Source: Neoconidiobolus thromboides FSU 785 (taxonomy: Eukaryota; Fungi; Entomophthoromycota). From it: 64,000 nt of DNA. The position numbers and the translations under genes are program-made. Shown in pieces: positions 55,993 through 64,000 of the stretch; the stretch's first letter is position 1; each line of letters opens with the position of its first letter. The notes beneath the pieces were generated by a model. It searched no databases. It had not been told where the DNA came from and saw only the letters and a program-made list of their open reading frames with translations. The stretch covers positions 1 through 64,000 of the forward strand of contig MU626326.1 in assembly GCA_025603075.1 (NCBI GenBank), read 5' to 3'.

Positions 55993-56276
55993 TATAATAA
56001 ACTAAAAAATATTTTAGATGATAAAAAGGAATTTTTTGTTCATTGTTTCCTTTTATGTACATAAATTGATTTATTCTCCTTTTATCAAATTATCTAGAAG
56101 CTCCCAAACCTGTAAGTTTCGGTCGAGAAAAACTAAATTCTACTCACTTTTCAATTTACTGATCCAATTATATATTCTTACTAATTGGGCCAAGGATAAA
56201 AGCGGACCTAAAAAATGTCACGTATCTTTTGAACAAGTTTATATAAAATCAATAAACTAAAGTAACCGTAGTGCGA

Positions 56277-56349
56277 GCCCTTGTAGTCTAATGGATAAGA
56301 CGTCGCTCTCCTAAAGCGGAGGTTGCAGGTTCGAGTCCTGCCTGGGGTA
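56277..56349 (+). tRNA. tRNA-Arg(CCT) with imperfect acceptor stem
   Basis: Anticodon arm TCGCT-CTCCTAA-AGCGG, T arm GCAGG-TTCGAGT-CCTGC, acceptor GCCCTTG/CTGGGGT; T-run terminator. Confidence 0.85.
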
Positions 56350-56643
56350 CTTTTTGGATATTTTATTTTGTTAAGGAAAATTTGTATGCTATATAGCTAA
56401 ATGCTCTAATGCTAATATTGAAATATATGTACCAAGTATTATACAATTAGAGTATAAAAAATTGCTCTTATACAAATTAAGTTTGAAATTACTAAACTTA
56501 GTTATTATTTAAAACCTATATCTATTTTGGATATTTATTATAAAATCGAAAAGCTTATATATGTAGTTGAATGACTTGGTTAAAATTTACAAATAGGATT
56601 ATATTAGATATAAATAGAATCAATAAATTATACTTGATATAGA

Positions 56644-59600
56644 TTATGAGACTAACTCGTTACCCATAATGTCTTCAAGGATTGACCAATCAAGAGAATC
56701 GGAATGACAAAACCTAGTGGGATGGAAGCATAAAGTACCTCTCAAATCATTAAGTTTATATAATAGTTCATTCTTTGGAGATTTAATCTTTCCATTTTTT
56801 ACCTGAAGATTAAATTCCTCCCATTCTTGAAAAGTATTAAATGAATTAGAAGGTATATGAGGGAAAATTTGCTTAAATATCCCAGTATTAAGTTTGGCTA
56901 CTTTCCTGAAGATACCATGATAGGTAGCATCACATATGGGATCTTGTGATAGTTGTTGGACCCAAGGGTGTTGATCATACACCTTGTTCAAAAGTCCTAA
57001 ATGTTCTCTCCAAAGCTTGACTCGTAAATCATGAGCAAATCTCCTTCCAGTAAACTTTTTGTTGTCCATATTCATAGAAACCCTTTTTGTGTCTAAAACA
57101 ACAGCTCCTAATTCTGAATCTCGATTTCCAAGCATTGATCTATCATTAAGATTGTTTGAAGCAATGATTGCAATCTCATCATCTACTAACATTATTTTAC
57201 TATGTACAAACACCATATCAGTCACACATTTCCATTCAAATTCTTCATCTCCTTGAGTGTTATCATTACTAGACATTTCTTTACCAGAAGGAAGGATACC
57301 ATAGGTTCTTAAAAAGTAAAATCCTACATAATCAAATGCGTCTAAATCGGGGAATTCTAGTTTAAATTGATCAAGCAAAGATAGTCCGCCACGGAAGAGT
57401 GTTTGATATGATAGCTGTAACATATGGTTAGCAGGTTTTCCAGTTTCTTCTGGAATAGGGAACATAATAAACACTCTAAACTTTCTTTTGTTTTTTATGG
57501 CATCTTTGATCCTATCTAAAATAGCTACAATAATTCGATTCTCTACCCCACCACCTGCTGTTGATGATACTATATATTGGTTTTCTATATAGATATAGTG
57601 TTGAGCTTTAGAAATGGCTGCCATATAGGCACCATAGACAGATGCTTCAGTAGTTCTTCCTTGTAATCCAGACCAATCTCCTAATGATCTAATAATCTGA
57701 ACCTCGCATGTAAACCTTCCTCTACCAGCAATACCTGAAGGGGGAAGAGCAGGGGCTTTTGGGAGTCCGATCTTAGGTAAATGCTCAAAAGTATGACTTT
57801 TTCTATGATGATTCCATCTTTCTATAAAATTAACTGCAACATCATAAGCAGCTAAGCCCTCAATAGCTACTGAGACATCATGCCATGGCATTCTACATCT
57901 AGAAAACCTATGTACTATATCCTTTGTTGGTTCACTGTAACTTTCTGGTCTAGAATCCTGTGGTTGGTAGTAATCTAGTCCAAGCCAAACATAATTGGGC
58001 TCAAATTTTGAATTGTTTTTCTTAAGCTCTAAATAAGTTAAAGTTTCTGCCATCCCTCTTAAATTTTCTAGCTTTTGGTTTACTTTATATTTAATTTTCG
58101 GCTTCGATTCTGTATTCTCATTTGAATCATCAAGATCTAAAGCTGCTGTTGGAAGTAAAAAGGACCCCGGACTTGTCATATTTGAGTTAGGTGAAAAATT
58201 GGGAGATCCATTCAACGGTGATATATTTCCAAGTCCAGGTCCAGTAAATCTATAAGAAGGAGAAGTAGGTGGAGGAGTCTTCGGCTTTAAAGAAGGTGGT
58301 ACACCTAGATCTGTTAATTCATGATTAAAAGTGTCATACCTACCAACTGCATAATCTAAGCCCCCTACAATTGCTTTAGTAAAATCAATGCATGTAAATT
58401 TTTGGTGATGAGACCATAAAAAGTTTGGTAAACTAAAAGCTGGGTCCCTCATAATATGTATGTTTGGATGGTCTGCTTCGAGGATTTCTTTAGCTTCTTC
58501 CGAACATAAACTTAAAAAAAGAGAATTATTCCATATAATAACATATATTTGTATTCCCTCGTCTGCTTTTTTCCATAATAGGTTACATAGTCTATCTTCA
58601 TCTTTGAGTGGCAATGAGTCTCTCTTTAAATGGATAAAAGGGCTAAGCCACCAACAGCTCATAAATATAGAATCTGTAGCATCGTTTATTAAAGAAAAAC
58701 TTTTATCAAAAAAGTCTTTGCCATCAACTAATGCCTCACAAGCGATATGTGATCTAACCTCAGCAAATGATTCAAAAGGATGTTGGTATCTAAGCAGTTG
58801 TTTCCTGTGGGAGCTTGACATTGATTCAACGCTGCCACTACTTTTACGACCACAAGGAGTGGGATCTTCCCAACTTAGTATTTGATCGCCGCATTTAGCA
58901 CAAGTATAATGCAAAAGCTCTGATATTACCACCATGTTACTTTCAAATGCCCCGAAATCTGTGTGACATGTAGCACATAAAAAAGTTGACGACTTACAAT
59001 AACTACAACGATAGGTATCATGCAATACATACCCTCTATGCATTAAATAATGAGACGAGTAATGAAAACAAGATGAACAATATCCCATTTTACACGGCCT
59101 TTCTTCTCCCCATTCACTAATGGTACCATCGCAACGTGCACTAAAAAATATAAGTTTTTATTTGAAAAATTACTAAATAGTTACCATAATTCCTCATCAT
59201 AATCTTGATGACCCCTTGACATAGCTCCACAAGATGTACGACATTTTAGAGTAACTTGAGTACATTCAGTACATTTATACCTTGATCTTCTTAATAAATT
59301 ACGCTGTACTCTACCATGCACGGTCTGTTTAAAACACCATGAACAGTAAGCAAAAGCAACAAATTTTTTATCACTTAATAGATTGGTCATTCCTATTTTT
59401 ATTGCTTCTTTTTCGATACTTTCAACTTCTCTTAAGATTTCATTCTGGTAATCTCCTGACCCAGTAATTGGGCCAATTTTTGTGCCATCATCTAAAGATA
59501 ACTGTCGAGCCATTCTTTCTCTAAGGCCTCCATCTCCATCTACTAAACTATTTGGGTTAGGTATAGGACTTACTATACTATTTATATCTTCTCCAATAGT

Positions 59601-60221
59601 CGCCCCACACGTAGAAGTTGGAGAAGAGGCTCTGGGCAATTCTTTTATTAAACTCAAGAAGTTTGAACTATTAGACTCTTCGTATTCCAATTTTGAATCA
59701 CTGCTTAAGAGCTCTTTGATGGTTTGTGGGCTAGGGCTATATACTTGTATTTCCGCTTTTTGCTCTATATCTTCATCACAATCTTCATATCTTAATGGAT
59801 CCAGTCGCGCTGCTCTTAATTGTGATCTTTCTGCAACTAGGGCCGATTTTAATGTCTGTAAATTAAGCCTTAATTCCTTCTTCTTAGCTTTTCCCAGTCC
59901 ACTTAATCTTGATTGAACATTTTCTATCATCGTTGTTAATAATTCTTCTGAGGCTAATATTTCAGGCGATAATGAGGATATTTTATCACTGTCATTATTT
60001 TCAATTACTTCCCCACTTTCGCTTAGCTGCTCTATTAAATCTTGAATATATTCATGCTTCTTTAAACATGCATTTTCACTATTTGTATCCGCTGTTTCGC
60101 CTTCAATGACTATATCCGGTGTAATAATGGTTGATTGGTTACTATCGTTGTCTGGTTTTATCATATCATCATAAAGTACCCTAGATAAAGAAGGACTATT
60201 AACTTCATTTGCGGTTGACAT
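56644..60221 (-). CDS. Phospholipase D (two HKD motifs) with an N-terminal tandem Cys8 module, ~1177 aa; single intron 59141-59184
   Basis: HQKFTCID and HSKIMLVD, RMPWHDV, IYIENQY, RSMLGNRDSE; the 44-nt GT-AG intron joins the two ORF-track ORFs in frame (TG|T = Cys). Confidence 0.9.
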
Positions 60222-60615
60222 TTTAACAAATTTAATTAAAAAGGGCTCAGAATTCTCTTATATAAGTGTTTTATTGTAATTTCTTTTTATGCTAAATTTT
60301 CAAGTGTTTTAGTTAAATTAAGGTTATTTTTTCATTTAATGGCTCAAATGAAACTTTATCATCTACAAATGTCCCACATGGATAATTTTTGGTGTCAACT
60401 GCTATAACCGAAACGATACCTACCATGTGTTAGTCAATATTTAAAAGTTTGACATTAAAATTTACCTTTGTGATGTATTTTTCTCACGCGTAAATTTAGA
60501 TATTAATATTTTGTTAAACTTATTAGCATCATAAATATTTTGCAGAATTAAGTTGACATCATTATTGGAAAATGAGCTTCACAAAGTATTTGTTTTGAGG
60601 TTCTATTTTTTTAAA

Positions 60616-61599
60616 ATGCTACCAACTAAATTTATAAATTTGCTATTTTCTTCACTATTAGTATCAATTTATTTAGCAAGCAGAGGTGATAACCAGCCAA
60701 AGTTTATCAATTGTCTAACCAAATGTAAAGTAGATGAATGCGATTCAAACGGAAATAGCAAAACCCCCCTTCCGTTACAGCTTCAGTTAACATTTTGGAA
60801 TTGCGAAGATGAATGTAAATACCAGTGCATGCAAAAAAGTTACAGTATAATGCTACAAAATGATCAAGTTGAACAATTTTATGGCAAATGGCCGTTTTAT
60901 AGAGTGTTTGGTATTCAAGAGATAGCTAGTTTCGTTTTTTCCATTTTAAATGGTTATCAGCATTTCAAAGGTTTAATGAGATTAAAAAATGAAATCAGTT
61001 TTTTTTCCCCATATAAAATCATATATATGATATACGCATGTATATCCCTGAATACTTGGGTTTGGTCAACTATATTTCATGCTAGAGATAAAATATTTAC
61101 TGAAAAAATGGATTATTTTTCTGCTTATTTGTCAATCATCTATACTCTTTACATGACTTCAATGAGAGTCTTTAGGGTCAATTATGTATCCCATCCGAAA
61201 TATTTTATTACTTGGAGTCTAGTTTGTTTAGTTATTTATGCAAGACATGTAGCTTATTTAAGTGGTAAATTTGATTATGATTATAATATGTTAGCAAATA
61301 TAGTTACCGGAGGTATTAATAACCTTTTATGGTTTTTTTGGTCTACCTTTAATCAGCTTTTTCATCAGCCTAAGCACCCTAACCGTTGGGCTCCTTCTAT
61401 TGTTTGTTTCCTTATTTCTTTAGCTATGAGCATGGAATTGTTTGACTTCCCAGCTGTATTTGGTTTATTTGATGCCCATTCTATTTGGCATTTCTCTACT
61501 ATTTTCCTTATACCACGTTGGTATGACTTTTTTGTTAATGATATCAAGTATCTACACCTTAACTTGTTAGATAACAGAATATCTGCCAAAGAAATTTAA
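60616..61599 (+). CDS. PER1: Per1/PGAP3 GPI lipid-remodelling protein; probable ATG at 60616
   Basis: WNCEDECKYQCM, QFYGKWPFYRVFGIQE, HARD..FTEKMDYF, ELFDFP....FDAHSIWH. Confidence 0.95.
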   Translation: MLPTKFINLLFSSLLVSIYLASRGDNQPKFINCLTKCKVDECDSNGNSKTPLPLQLQLTFWNCEDECKYQCMQKSYSIMLQNDQVEQFYGKWPFYRVFGIQEIASFVFSILNGYQHFKGLMRLKNEISFFSPYKIIYMIYACISLNTWVWSTIFHARDKIFTEKMDYFSAYLSIIYTLYMTSMRVFRVNYVSHPKYFITWSLVCLVIYARHVAYLSGKFDYDYNMLANIVTGGINNLLWFFWSTFNQLFHQPKHPNRWAPSIVCFLISLAMSMELFDFPAVFGLFDAHSIWHFSTIFLIPRWYDFFVNDIKYLHLNLLDNRISAKEI

Positions 61600-61959
61600 T
61601 TAGAGTAAAAGTTTTTTTTGTAATTGAGTATCATTTCAATAATTAATATAATAAATTTGTATTATTACTTTTTTGACTATAGCAACTATGACTTTAAAGT
61701 ATATTTCTACTCGAATATTCATTAACTTATTACTTTATTTTTCCAGATCTAAAATGACTCACTGCCACTTACAACTTTTTGTAACACTGTTTAATATTGA
61801 GATTTTTAACTTTAATTGGTAGATATAATATACCAAATTGAACAATATTTTAGAATATAAAGCTGTTTGTTACTTTTAATCGACTGGTTAAACATATATA
61901 AACCAAGTAGCTAATGTTTCACTATTATGGCAAAGTGAATATATAAGTGTAGCGTATAT

Positions 61960-62223
61960 TTGGATGCTGAAAGTTTATATCAGGATACGAAAATAAAAAA
62001 CGAAGATAAGAAATACATGGGAAAATACTCTTACAGTAAATTTGGACAATTTACTTTGATAAATATTTATGATTACACGGGAATTAGGGCAACCAATCTG
62101 CAATTAGATGGTGGAGATTTTACGGAGAATCGTGCGGATAAACACTATGTAAGATTAGATTTACGCATAAACCAACTTAATAATGCAAAATTTCTCGAAA
62201 CTATGAATTCAAGCTATCTTTAA
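61960..62223 (+). pseudogene. Possible LINE APE-endonuclease remnant
   Basis: TLINIY and GGDF motifs in a short isolated ORF. Confidence 0.3.
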
Positions 62224-62603
62224 TTAAAGTCTTGATATTCATCATCATTTTTAATTAAAACTTCGTTTCAAGTATTTTAACCATAAAATAGTGATTAGAA
62301 CCAAGTTTAAGCTTATATAATATTTATGTTATAGCTTTAAATTACATACTAGTTAATTGAATAATTATGACATAACATAAGGAGAGAAGCTGATAATAAC
62401 ATCAAAGAATAGATTTGACTTTAAATTTTGTCATGGCTAAAAAAGGCATAGTTTTTTTGAAATAAATTTTGCCGTGAAATTCCCATATTAAATACTAGCC
62501 AATAAAAGCTTCCATGTTTGCTAACTGTTTAAAGACGAAAAGGTTAAACTAACAGAAATTTAATTCTTGAAAGCCACTTTTCTTAGAAAAACAAAGTGTT
62601 AAA

Positions 62604-63658
<1,055 letters not shown>

Positions 63659-64000
63659 ATTGAAACATCGATTATTGCAGCTATATTATTAAAAACATGC
63701 TTAGATTGTTTAAACTATAATTTCATTTGATTAATATAATAAAGTTTAGCACTTTGATTTTTATGCACATTATTACAGAAAGATTTAGCTGAGTGCTTGA
63801 AAATTTTGATTTAAAATTTTGATTTTTTATATTGATTCTACTAATCTCCTTAAACTTTAAAGCGTTTATCTATTATAAATTTAAATATGTTTATTAACTT
63901 TGATCTATTAAGTCAAGTTTTAAATTAAAATGTTTAATACAATAAAGTTGTTACTAAGTGTTTATATGTCTGAAATTTTAAAGATATTCATTTCAAAAAG

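Overview
Very AT-rich eukaryotic nuclear DNA with short GT-AG introns (about 40-125 nt) and the standard genetic code. The gene set looks fungal, probably an early-diverging lineage such as Entomophthoromycotina; that assignment is inference. The window alternates between two kinds of sequence. Repeat-rich accessory blocks (about 1-28 kb and 44.3-51.9 kb) hold two dead Sola-like DDD transposons, at least 23 copies of a ~99-bp MITE with 4-bp AWWT target duplications, a 464-bp solo-LTR family, a hemerythrin-like gene pair, three secreted 8-Cys-repeat genes and a cluster of tiny secreted Tyr/Thr/Cys peptide genes. Compact housekeeping blocks hold ADI1 (at the edge of the left block), an Lsi2/ArsB-like transporter, MTHFR, a DUF185 methyltransferase, an SPX-only protein, IST1, TRIR-like, eIF1A, ZMAT5, Cdc27-like, ZNF277, PLD, PER1 and PCT1; there are also three identical tRNA-Tyr genes and one tRNA-Arg. 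Best leads: (1) unannotated 51-53 aa secreted peptides with a Kex2 site and a fixed C-x22-C loop, clustered around a related Thr/Cys repeat protein; (2) the 8-Cys repeat family; (3) a PLD whose PX-PH module is replaced by a tandem Cys8 module; (4) two repeat-driven rearrangements readable base by base, an LTR-mediated inversion with swapped target duplications and a MITE-mediated 1828-bp tandem duplication. All family assignments come from motif recognition by eye; no database search was run.
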